From Octopus sinensis (taxonomy: Eukaryota): a stretch of 64,000 nucleotides of DNA. The notes under the pieces were generated by a model that ran no database searches, was not told where the DNA came from, and saw only the letters and a list, made by a program, of their open reading frames with translations. Positions 37,239-49,719 of the stretch are shown one piece after another; the first letter of the stretch is position 1; each line of letters begins with the position of its first letter. A program made the translations under genes and the position numbers. The stretch is from positions 6,758,001 through 6,822,000 of the forward strand of contig NC_043022.1 of the NCBI RefSeq assembly GCF_006345805.1. The letters run 5' to 3'.

Positions 37239-37448
37239 CCCTTTCGTTACTGTATTTATTTTGAGATACTCTGAGTTTCTTTCAATTATTTTAAATATAA
37301 CAAAGAATTTAGTAAAATAACTTGGTTATCATAAAGCTAGTGTTAGGAACATAAATTGTGACTAAGACTTGGAGGAAGATTTTAATTCAAAACTTATGAA
37401 AACCAGACATTTTACCCCAGAGCCAGAGCCGGGTTAGTAACAAAAGGG
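37239..37448. mobile_element. TTAA-flanked MITE, family 2
   Basis: TTAA TSD, CCCTTT TIR. Confidence 0.8.
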
Positions 37449-38255
37449 TTAAAGAGGTTGTTTGCTTGTTTCTTTGCAATTAGTCAAATTGATGAAGACC
37501 CCTCTGATGAGAATCTAATCATCATCATCATCGTTTAATGTCCGTTCTCCATGCTAGCATGGGTTGGACGGTTCGACCGGGGATCTGGGAAGCCAGAAGG
37601 CTGCACCAGGCTCCGGTCTTATCTCGCAATGTTTCTACAGCTGGATGCCCTTCCTAATGCCAACCACTCCGTGAGTGTAGTGGGTGCTTTTTACGTGCCA
37701 CCTGCACTGGTGCCAGGCGAGGCTGGCATCGGCCACGGTCGGGTTGGTGTATTTTACATGCCACCTGCACGGAAGCCAGTCGAGGTGGCACTGGCATCCG
37801 CCACGGTCGGATTGGTGCTTCTTACATGCCACCGACACGGAAGCCAGTCGAGGCGGCGCTGGAGATTTGAAAATCAATTAAGGTTGTTATTTTTGGTTAA
37901 ACAGCTGAACTAACCCTGTTTATAAGGGTACTGTGTAAGGTACATAAATCATCCCTTGATCTTGTGCAGAATGAGGTCCTCATTGACAGGACCCTCATAT
38001 TGTAGCAAAATTGGCTGCTCCAGTTTTCTGTATCTGCTGTAATTGTTGAAAATATGAACAGACTGGCTGCTTGTTTCTCTGGGAAAATCAATTAAGTAGC
38101 TTCTAATCTACGGGGGATAGAGGTAAAAGAGCCCCGCTTATATAAGTTATATATATATATATATATTATTGACTATTATTATTAAAGTGGTAAATTGGCA
38201 GAATTCTTGGTGCATTGGACAAAAATGCTCTGTGGCACTTCTTCCAACTCTTTAT

Positions 38256-38557
38256 CATCATCATCATTGTTCGACTGTGGTCGAGACAATGGAATTTACT
38301 ATGTTACGCCAGATTTCACAGTCCATCATAGCATTACGGAGGTCCTGTTGCTGGATGCCTGTATCCCTGGAGATTACATCAGGGTAGGAGAGTGTGCGCC
38401 CTCTGGTATCGTGAGTAGATGGCTTCCAGAGGAGAATAGTAGAAATTACTTCTTTTTCAGCTCTATAACAATGTCCAGCAAACTGGACTCTCCTACCTTT
38501 CACAAGAGATGACACAGGTGGTAGTTTCCCATATATTTGCATTTTGGTTGGATGGCG
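38256..38557 (-). mobile_element. RTE-like LINE 3' end with (GAT)n tail, nested in a decayed SINE
   Basis: LPPVSSLVKGRRVQFAGHCYR...GRTLSYPD...AMMDCEIWR. ctttat occurs at both flanks (38250-38255, 38558-38563). The host SINE halves join across it. Confidence 0.75.
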
Positions 38558-39133
38558 CTTTATGATCTGAGTTCAAATTTCACTGAGGTCAACTTTGCCT
38601 TTCATCCTTTCAGGTGTCAAGAAATATGTACCAGTTATGCACTGGAGTCGATGTAATCAACTGGTCCCCTCCCCCAAAATCGCGAGCCTTGTGCCTATAG
38701 AAGAAAGGATCGTTATTATTATTGATATCCTCCATGCTGACACAGATCCTTCAAACATTGGGAAAATCACTTGTTTTGGCTATCTGCCCCCTAAATCTTA
38801 CAGGGATCAGCTTTGCCTTAAGTACCAGTTTTGTTCTGAGATCAGTGGGATCAAGCCCCCAACCCTTTCTTTCTGTTTTGGGGATGAATTCCAGTGGGAG
38901 AAATTTCGAAAGACCTGAAACAAGTAAAAGACTTCATTTTCATTATCTTTTACTTGTTTCAGTCACTGGACTGTGGCCATTCTGGGGCACTGCCGTGGAA
39001 AATTTTAGTCAAACAAAACAACCCCAGAATTTTTTTTTAAGCCTTGTCAGTCTCTTCTTGTTGAACCATAAAGTTACAGGGACATAAACAAACCAACACC
39101 AGTTGTCAAGCAGTGGTAAAAGACAAGGACACG

Positions 39134-39647
39134 CTGGGTGTCCATAAAGTCATGGTGCAATTTAAAATAGTTACAAGATTACTGAGTTAATGTGTAAAAA
39201 GGATAAGAAAGACGAATGAGCTAAATTTTTTCTTCATCTTGTTAATTTTCACCATGTCCACCATCATTTCTAATACAAAGAGAAATATGATTCTGCAGTT
39301 CTTGGGAAAATATTTTGCAGAGGATTTTTAGTAACCTCTTCAATCGCATCAGTTATCCTTGCTTTCAAGTCTTCTGAAGATCGAAGCTTAGTTGAATAAA
39401 CAATATTCTTCACAGGTCCCCATGAAAAGATATCCAATGATGTCAGAAATGTGGAGGCCAAAATAATGCTTCACCTCTTCCACTCCATCTGTCAGGGAAA
39501 CTTCCGGTTAGAAACTGCCTGACTTGCAGAGCAAAGTGACAAGGTACACCATCTTGTTGAAACCTGTATCCTCTATCAATTCTAATTGTTCAAGCTTTGG
39601 ATTGAAGTAATTTTGTAACATTGCACCAGGACTTTATGGACACCCTG
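39134..39647 (-). mobile_element. Tc1/mariner deletion derivative
   Basis: 28-bp TIRs with 2 mismatches (39134-39161, 39620-39647). Relic LDIFSWGPVKNIVY...EDLKARITDAI resembles a transposase C-terminus. Confidence 0.75.
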
Positions 39648-41922
39648 TGTATGGGGGCTAATTTCTTTTAGTTTTCGTCTACCAGATCCACTCAGAAGGC
39701 TTTGGTTGGATGAAGGCTATAGTTGCAAACTCTTTGTCCAGAGTGCCGTGCAGCAGAACTGAACCTGGAACCATGTGGTTGGAAAGCAAACTTCTTACCA
39801 CAGTTGGGAAAGATTTACGAATAAAGGAAGGGTGGATGTAAAGCTCAAATATGATGAGCAACTGTTTTATGTGGCCAACACGTTGGAAAGGAATCAGGGA
39901 AGATGGAATTGGTTTGATGAAAAAGGGGAAACAGTTCTGTGTTGTATGAAACTGGACCAGCACCAGATTTATATCAAACTACCTTCGTGATGTATGTATA
40001 TGATGTAAATAAAAGACCTGTTGGACTTGGGTTCAATCCCCAAGCTGTCCCATTTTAGGGGGCCTCAAAACTGAAACATTCTGATTCCAGTATATATATA
40101 TATATATTGTGTATGTATGTGTATATATATATATAAGAAAAATGTATACTGGTAATTATGTGTGTATATATATGTATGTATTTGTGTATATATATATGTA
40201 TTTTGGTGTTTATATATATATATTGTAGACACTTTTTATCATTTTATGTAAGTATATAAAACTACAATCACTGAAAGAAAACTCCATTTGGTAGTGTTAA
40301 ATAAATTTTAAAAGTAAGTGACTACCTTAGTTTCCCACCAAGCAGGCTCTTCAGTCATTGGGGAGCCTGCTTTCAGTTGAAACTGTTACGTCACTGTCAC
40401 TTATGTCTTACATGTATTTGTGTTTATATCTTTATATGTGTTTGTGTGTACGTATATGTGTGTGCATGTATATATGTATATATAAAACTCTACCTTGTTT
40501 TTATCTTCAGCACAGTTTCCTGCCATTTCTTGCATTTTTTCATACCCTTTTCCATGAAGTTCAGTCTCTTGAAACCAGCTTTCAATATGTGAAATCTATT
40601 TCATCATCATCATCATCGTTTAACGTCCGTTCTCCATGCTAGCATGGGTTGGACGGTTCGACCGGGGATCTGGGAAGCCAGAAGGCTGCACCAGGCTCCA
40701 GTCTTATCTGGCAATGTTTCTACAGCTGGATGCCCTTCCTAACGCCAACCACTTTGTGAGTGTAGTGGGTGCTTTTTACGTGCCACCTGCACAGGTGCCA
40801 GGCGAGGCTGGCAACGGCCATGGTCGGATTGGTGTATTTTATGTGCCACCGGCACGGAAGCCAGGCGAGGCGGTGCTGGCATCAGCCACGAGTCGGATAG
40901 TGCTTTTTACATACCACCAGACCAGGGATCCTGGCTGGTTCAATTCGATTTCGATTTCGCTTGCCCCAACATGTCTTCGCAAGCAAAGGGGGTTGGCATG
41001 GGTGCCTGTCGTCGGATGAGGTTCTATATCGACTTCGCTTGCCTCAACAGGTCTTTGTGTCCAAGGGAGGAAAGGCATTCATAAGTGGGCTGGGCTCACT
41101 TGTCCTGCCTGGTCTGTGTGTGTGTGTGAGAGATAGATAGACACACATACACCCAGTGAGTGAGCAGACAAATGAATGAAAAAGGCAGACAGCACATTTA
41201 GGTGTTGCATCTCTAACGGTTGAGTTGGTCTCCTTGCAACTTCATAAGCTTGTCACAGGAACCTACAAGTTGGTATCAAAAAGTTCTTGGACTGGTTCTG
41301 TAGTGCACCAACAGATGGCAGCACACAGTTGCATACGCAGTGACGTTCATGAGGCAACGTACCGAGTGACATCACTTTGCAAGTTGTTTTGTGATCATTT
41401 GTCTGCTGTAGTCTGGCCTTTTTGTCAAACACCGGAAGTTGGATGAAGGAGCCAACATGAAATTTTCGATGTCTGCCATAGAGGCAATGAGCAAGCTTGT
41501 GGCACTGGCGCAATGGGTCGTATGCAATGTATCAAGTGGCATGTGGAACTTCAAAAGGCACAACAGAGCCACAGCTCCGTCATGCGTCAGCTCATTGCTT
41601 TTTACTATATTTGCAGTGTTGTTCATTGACAGTTCTCCTGCAATATTTTGGTGCGTTTGAGTGAGGGCATCGGGCAAAAGCGATTGGATACATGGAGATT
41701 CTTGGATTCTTCACAATGACAATATCCCCTATCACTGAGCTCTGCACCCACCCTATTCCCTAGGTTAAACACCTTCAGACTTCCATCTCTTCCCCAAGAC
41801 AAAGATGCAACTCAAAGGTCACCATTGTCAAGATCAAGAATGAATCACAGAACGTCCTCAACTTGCTTCTGGAAAAGCAAGTTCCACAGCAGATTCCAAA
41901 ATTGGCAAGAATGCTGGGACTG

Positions 41923-44900
41923 GTTAGTTAGTTAATTTTTTGGCTCAAAAAGCAAAAAGCAAGGCCATGTAGGGGGACATGGAGTTATGTACAGGGTGGT
42001 GTTCATGTAAAGAGTTCAGGCCACTTGAGGTCAAGGGCAGCTTTGAACAAAGCGGTCGTCGGCATCTTCACCATCTCGTCTGGCAGCTTGTTCCACAGAT
42101 CCGCAACCCAGACGGAGAAAGCCCCTCTCCTTCGATTGAGATGAAATCGTCGCAGATAGAGCTTTTCGGAATGATCCCGCAGCCGACGCTCTGGAGCAGG
42201 AGTGAAGAACAGCTCTTTTGAGAGGTTACACTTTCCGCTTATGATGTTGTGAGCAAGAATGAGATCACCACAGCGTCGTCGTTTTTCTAGAGAATAAAGG
42301 TCGAGCGTCTTCAGCCTTTCTTCATAAGACAAATGCTTGAAACCAAGAACCATGCGTGTAACCAGCTTCTGGACTCTTTCGAGATGCTGTATGTCTTTGA
42401 GGAGATAAGGAGAAGAGGCTTGAATCCTGTACTCCAATATGGGTCTCACCAGTGTGACATAGAGCGGTAGGAATATGGCTGCTGTGAGCATTCCGAATGA
42501 CCGTCGAGTCAAGAACAGAACTCCGCGTGCTTTGTTGGCAGCATGGACGCACTAGGCTGAAGGCGAAAAGGAGGAATCCACCAAGATACCCAGGTCCTTT
42601 ACCTGATCGGTCCACTCCAGCAGCAGATGACCCGGCTCGAAATCAAGTTGAGTTGCAGGAGGAGAGCCAACAGGCAGATGACAGCACTTTGACACGTTCA
42701 GACACAGGTCCCATTCGTTAGACCACCTCCAAATTTGGTGGAGGCATCGACGAAGATCCTCTATATCACCGCGAGGAGCGACCAGTTTGACATCGTCGGC
42801 AAATAGAAGGGTGTGTTGCGTGAGGTCATCAGGCAAGTCATTAATGAAGACTAAGAACAATAAGGGCCCAAGCACTGAACCTTGAGGCACACCACTGCTC
42901 GCACTGGAGACGTCGGACCGCGAACCATTAACTTGGACTTGGAAGGAGTGATCTGAGAGGAAGGCACCAACCCATTGTACAATATCCGGATGGAAACTAT
43001 ATGCTTGAAGCTTGACAAGTAATAGGCGGTGGTTTACCGAGTCAAAAGCTTTGGCAAAGTCCAATAAAACAATGTCAACAGCATCACTATCATCAAGGAT
43101 GCGCGTCACCAATTCTTCCATTACCAGTAAGTTGGTCAAGCATGATCTCTTCGGCACGAAGCCGTGTTGGGAATCAGAGATAGAGGCTGTGTTTTGGAGG
43201 TGGAGCATCATACTTTTCTTAAGGATGGTTTCGAACATCTTGCTGATTATTGATGTAAGGGAAACCGGTCGGTAGTTAAGCGGGTCTTCGCGGCTCCCTT
43301 TCTTGAAAATTGGGCAGATTATCGCTGTTCTCCAGTCCGCAGGTATAACACCCGTCGCCAATGACGTATTGAATAGGTGTGTTAAGGGCTCGCAGATGAC
43401 CGGAGCCAACGCTTTGATAACCCGTGGGTGTATGCCGTCAGGGCCGTGACCCTTGTTGACATCGAGGCCTTGAATAATGCGTTTGACTTCGTCCCGCATG
43501 ATGACCAATCGAAGCATTGGAAGTACCGATCTATCAAATGGAGGGGGTTCACGACCATCATCTTGTTTGAAAATAGTTGAAAAAGCCTCGGCAAATAATT
43601 GACTCTGTTGATAAGTGTCCTCAATCGATACGCCTGTTGAGTCTACCAACATTGCAATTTGGTTGTTCAAGTGGGAATTCCGTTGGACATGGGCAAAGAA
43701 GGTTTTTGGATTGCTACTGGCATTTGCCGCGATTTTGTATTCATATCTGAAGCATTCTTCCTTTTCAATTTTCACGGCTCGGTCTCGTTGAGTTTTGTAC
43801 ACCTCAAAAGCTGCAGTCGAATCCAGATTTTTGAATTCAGCCCAAGCAATATCTCTGAGTCGACGTTCTCGTTTAACCTTCTTCGTCACCCAGGGCTTGT
43901 GTTTCTTCCTCTTGGGAAGCCCAACGGGAACTGCCTGGTCAGTCAAACAGATTACATATGCTTTGAGGGATGACCATAGTTCGTCAACTGAGGACAACGT
44001 CATCAGGGATCGCCAGTCCAGAAGCGCGGAAGCCTCGGTTAGAATTTCAAGATTAATTGCAGAGAAGACTCTACGTGGCAGCGAAGTAGTCGTGGGCGTA
44101 GAGAAAGTTGTGTGCATGACGAACTTCAGGACCGCATGATCACTCTTGGCAAGAGGGGCGCACACAGATACGTCTGACACTAATCTTGGATAGAGGGAGA
44201 ATACGAGATCCAGCATAGATGGCTGCTGCCCAGACTGATGCCTTGTCGGATATTCAACATGTTGCGATAGAGAACAGTCTTCAGCCACGTCAAGAAGGGC
44301 CTGGCCGAACCGGGAAGATGATGTACAAATTGATGCGGGCCAATCGATCGTGGGAGCATTGAAGTCTCCTAATATCAAACAGTCATGAGAAGCTGAAACG
44401 AATCTTATCGATTCGAGTAAATGAGCATCGTCCTGGGGGTCGGCAAGAGGCGGCCTGTAGACAGCTAACACGGGCGGGCAAAACCCGGATAGGCTCAGCT
44501 TGCAATAGACGGCATCGAATTTTGTTGTGGGTTGAGCATTAGTGGGTAGAATACCGCTGGACGGTTTGAGATCAGATTTAACATACACAGCAACACCTCC
44601 ACCTCGCCTTTTTTCTCTGTCACATCTGAAAAGGACGTAGCCCTGTAGGTGGATTTCTGAGTCCTTTACTGCTGGAGTCAGCCAACTCTCGGTGATAGCT
44701 ATCACATCAGGGGAGTCACGCATGGCCAGTGTAAATAGTTTGCTGAACTTTGGAAATAAGGAGCACGAGTTGGTATAGACGATGCTGAGCTGTGAAGTTT
44801 GAGGGGCGGGAGTTGGGGAACAAGCAGAATAAGGGGTATCAGAGATAGCATCATTGACGGGGGTATCTACTTTTCACCCTCAATTCACCTTCCCTGTCAG

Positions 44901-45735
44901 CACCACAGCATGCGACCAGAGGTAGGACTTGATTATTTGTCCATCTTGGATGCGTAAACCCTTCTCTCCCATCTGTTTTCTCATCTTCAGTTCGGATATT
45001 AGGTTTCTCTGGCGAATTCTCTCTCTCAGTGAGTATTCCTCGCGAAAACCCATATTGGGGTCCTTCCAGGCATGCTTCTGAGCTCTGTTCAGAAAGGTTG
45101 AAGCCTCCTGATCGGAAGAAAAGATTACTCTTATTGGGCGTGGTCTAGTGTCTGAGGTTGAGTTCGCTTGGAATCTTCCTAGCCGAGCGACCTTATGGAT
45201 ACTGACATTTTTGTTGACAGAGAACAATTCTCCAACTAAAATGGAAACAAAATTTATGTCTTCTTTTAGGCGGTTTATGCCTGTATCACAGGTGGATTCA
45301 GCTTTACCATAAATGATTGCTGATCTTGAGTGGGCAAAATGGTCTTTGTGTTGTCTACTATGAGCTGCAGCATTCGATTCTTCATTGGGTGGTTTCATAG
45401 CCATCAGACTTATGTCGGCCTGTGGGGTTGATCGGAATGGGTTTAGTGGTCATAACTTTCCCGCCTGGTTTGGAACTGCACTGCCTCTTCTTCGGTTTGG
45501 GGGAGCACCACTCCCCAGATGAACTCACATCGAGATCGTTCGGAATTGGTTGAGCAATGGCATTAATGGGAAGGACAAGTGAGGGAGAATCCAAACAGAT
45601 TTTATCGTGATCAGGTTTCATAGCTAAATCTGCCCCACTGGAGTTTTGACTACGTTTCTTCTTTTGGGGAGAACAACGGTCTTCAGGTGGGTTTGAGTCC
45701 ACTGGTGCATTGCTGTGCAAGGTGTGACCGTTTCA
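41923..45735 (-). mobile_element. Near full-length CR1-clade LINE (ORF1, APE endonuclease + RT ORF2, (TAAC)n tail)
   Basis: APE motifs YTN, ITESWL, GGGV, LGDFN, SDH. RT motifs NYRPVSL, QHGF, LDFAKAFD, GVPQGSVLGP, FADD. C-terminus LVRPILEY/LERVQK/LSYEERL is typical of CR1. One in-frame TAG at 42552-42554. ORF1-like 44880-45404 (PRPIRVIF). Confidence 0.92.
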
Positions 45736-46374
45736 AAGAATGTTAGAACTTTTCTTTTACTCTTTTACTTGTTTCAGTCATTTGACTGGCCATGCTGGAG
45801 CACCACCTTTAGTCAAGCAAATCGGCCCCAGGACTTATTCTTTGTAAGCCTAGTACTTATTCTATCGGTCACTATTGCTGAACCGCTAGGTTATGGGGAT
45901 GCAAACACACCAGCATCAGTTGTCAAGCGATGTTGGGAGACAAACACAGACACAACCATATACATACAAATATATATTATATTATATATATATACAAATT
46001 GAGATAGGGGTTGTAAATGCAACCCTCCATGGGATAACATATATCCAATATACTGCTAGTGAAGTACCCAACAAAGTTAATACATAAATGTTAAGGACTG
46101 CGATGCAATCAATTCATTTACTGTATTATATGGGCAAAGGTAAAATGATTTACCACAAATTACTAATACAAGATAAGAAAATGGAGAAATACATCTAAAT
46201 CAAATATCAATTATCATATAATACTCAATCACATACTTTATTAAACCACCACATAAGAGACTGTAGGGTTAAACATAGAAAAGCAGAACAAATCAGTGTA
46301 CATAAAGGAATGTACATAAAAAAGTGTACATAAAAGAGTAATGTTGTATAATAAGTAGAATATATATAAAAGAG

Positions 46375-46662
46375 CCCGAATCCCGGACCGGGCTGCGTGT
46401 TGTGTTCTTGAGCAAGGCACTTTATTTCACGTTGCTCCAGTTCACTCAGCTGTAGAAATGAGTTGCAACGTCACTGGTGCCAAGCTGTATCGACCTTTGT
46501 CTTTCCCTTGGATAACACTGGTGGTGTGGAGAGGGGAGGCCGGTATGCATGGGCGACTGCTGGTCTTCCATAAACAACCTTGCCCAGACTTGTGTCTAGG
46601 AGGGTAACTTTCTAGGTGCAATCCCATGGTCATTCATGACCGAAGGGGGTCTTTACTTACTT
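46375..46662 (+). mobile_element. 5'-truncated SINE family D with (TTAC)n tail (related heads at about 5148, 7311, 15165)
   Basis: 12-bp TSD tatataaaagag (46363-46374, 46663-46674); cttgagcaaggcacttta central motif. Confidence 0.75.
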
Positions 46663-46692
46663 TATATAAAAGAGAATATAAGTATAGATTAT

Positions 46693-46816
46693 ATCTTACA
46701 GCTGTTTCGGCCATGTCGATAAGTATGTCTCATTTTACCAATATTAGCCCTTTATGGTAGGTCAATATATAGATATAAATGAGACATTTACAAAAATATA
46801 AGGCCTCTTCGGAGAT
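46693..46816 (-). ncRNA. Type I hammerhead-ribozyme-like motif (core CCGAAGA...GAAA, U4C variant)
   Basis: Minus strand reads AUCU-CCGAAGA-GGCC-[89-nt loop with 11-bp hairpin]-GGCC-GAAA-C-AGCU-GUA-AGAU. Confidence 0.6.
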
Positions 46817-47950
46817 TATGTAATATAACTCAGTCTACATATATACCCACATGGGTGTGGGTACATACCCATAATACAACATATACATATGAGTGCATAT
46901 ACTCACACTCTTATACATATACATAATGATATAAATAAATAATATAAATTAGTAAACATATATATGTGTTCCACATCCAATGTCTCAGTTTTTCGACTTA
47001 ATATTGTGATAATAAACATACACAAATTAGTACCTAGATGCAAATATACATAGTCAATAGTACATTATATTACTTCATACTAATTTCTAAAGTGTCATTA
47101 AAGTTAGCATCATTATCGTTGTCAATACCATTAATGTTACCATTATTATCATTCATAATATTAATAACGCTTACATTAGGATCCAGAGCATTCCGGGTTC
47201 CAGTTAGTAATTTTCCTTATGACATAAATACACTATTGAATTTGAATTTAAAATTATCATTATCTTCCTCACGGTTGGTCAATTGAGAGCCTCCCGACCT
47301 CCACCACACCGCACAAGCAAAACATACACATCCACATCTAACCCTAAACCCACACATCCACACAGAAACTCACACACACATGAATACACCCCAACACATC
47401 TCTACACATTCACTAAATTGCAGAGTGCATGTCTGTCATCGCATGGCTTATAGACAAATCAGTACAGGCAGCAGTGTCTAACACTAACACACACACTCAC
47501 ACGTACATCCGCATATACGCATAAATATTAATACACTTTCATATACTGTGTCAGGGAACTTTCGCACACACATATATATATTTAAATATATATCTGCGCA
47601 CTCATACGTACAAATAAAACCTATATTTATATCCACCCATGAATAAATACCCAAGATAAGAAATCTTTGAACTTTAATTCATCCGTATCTCTATTTATTA
47701 TTATTATTTATTAATTATTATTATTCTGATCCCCCTAGTCGCCACTCTGTTTACTATTTCAGCCTCGCCTCGTTTTTGCATATTCTGTATAATTCACTAG
47801 TTATCGTTATAGATATTTAAGATCTATCTCCCTTACAGGGCTGATTAGAAATTGGCTGCCGATTCTTCGCGGCGCGCCCGCCCTACCCACCCCCACCACC
47901 AATACCGGATATCTCTATTTTGCTCCAACTATACCGGATGTCGTTTCTCC

Positions 47951-48737
47951 CACCACCATTATAGGTGTCTACTCTTTGAACCCCCCTCTTCAATACGCTA
48001 TTCACCATGCATTACCCCTCTCTCGATATCCTACGTTCTACTTGCCTAGAACCTGTCCTCTGAACCACCCCTCCCACTGGTGCTCCCCTATATTTCTGCA
48101 CCCCCCCACCACCATTATAGGTGTCTACTCTTTGAACCCCCCCCTCTTCAATACGCTATTTCGCCATGCATTACCCCTCTCTCGATATCCTACGTTCTAC
48201 TTGCCTAGAACCTGTCCTCTGAACCACCCCTCCCACTGGTGCTCCCCTATATTTCTGCACCCCCCCACCACCATTATAGGTGTCTACTCTTTGAACCCCC
48301 CTCTTCAATACGCTATTTCACCATGCATTACCCCTCTCTCGATATCCTACGTTCTACTTGCCTAGAACCTGTCCTCTGAACCACCCCTCCCACTGGTGCT
48401 CCCCTATATTTCTGCACCCCCCCACCACCATTATAGGTGTCTACTCTTTGAACCCCCCTCTTCAATACGCTATTTCACCATGCATTACCCCTCTCTCGAT
48501 ATCCTACGTTCTACTTGCCTAGAACCTGTCCTCTGAACCACCCCTCCCATTGGTACTCCCCTATATTTCTGCACCCCCCCACCACCATTATAGGTGTCTA
48601 CTCTTTGAACCCCCCTCTTCAATACGCTATTTCACCATGCATTACCCCTCTCTCGATATCCTACGTTCTACTTGCCTAGTACCTGTTCTCTGAACCCCCC
48701 CCCCACTGGTGCTCCCCTATATTTCTGCACCCCCCCA
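47951..48737. repeat. ~157-bp tandem repeat, 5 copies
   Basis: Unit starts at 47951, 48107, 48266, 48423, 48580; differences lie mainly in C-run lengths. Confidence 0.95.
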
Positions 48738-49719
48738 TAAAAAAAAAAAAAAAGCACCATCCGAATGTGGCCGATGCCAGACCCCTCTGGCACCTGTGCA
48801 GGTGGCACGTAAAAAACACCCACTACACTCGCGGAGTGGTTGGCGTTAGGAAGGGCATCCAGCTGTAGAAACACTGCCAGACTAGACTGGAGCCTGGGGC
48901 AGTCCCGAGCTCCCCAGACCCCGGTCGAAACCGTCCAACCCGTGCTAGCGCGGAAAACGGACGTTAAACGATGATGATGATGATATACATATATACATAT
49001 CCAAGTACGCACCTGAGTGCTCGTATGTGTAATAAAAACATACATCTGTACATCCACCCACGAGCATACCTATATGTACAAAAACATACATACGTACACA
49101 TATACATTTTCACACACCTACAGAAATTATAGATTAGTAAGTGCCAAATAAACAACAATAAATAATTAAAAAAATAAATATGAATATATATATATCCATG
49201 TAAAGATAAATAAAATGGAATACAAATTAAGGAGGGCACAAAGATAAACCTAATATAGTAAGTATAAGTGGATACACCGGAAAGCACGGACGCGCGAATT
49301 CATGGCCGGGCATACCCGCACACGTCCCTCTCGCACGCCAGAGCATGCGTACAAGTACACGCGAATGTCCGCAAGCACAGCGCGCGAGAGTGCACACGTT
49401 GATGCACATGGGCTTCTTTCAGTTTCTGTCTACCAAATCCACTCACAAGGCTTTGGTCGGCCCGAGGCTATAGAAGAAGACACTTGCTGAATGTGTCACA
49501 CAGTGGGACTGAACCCAGGACCATATCGTTGGTAAGCAAGCACTTAGCACACATCCACTTCTGCGCCTATAAATAAGTCACTTAGGTAAATAGGTTATTT
49601 CTTAATTAAACATAATTAGTTGAGAACGTTTTGGTACCGCCCCATGGCTTATTGGGCTCAGGCCACTGCAAAACATTGCATGGAACCAAATGAAACTGTT
49701 TTTAATATAAATATATATA

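Noticed and set aside
41150-41900. ORFs 41253-41677 next to the CR1 3' end
   Set aside because: No recognisable motif in any frame; they lie beyond the CR1 tail and cannot be assigned.
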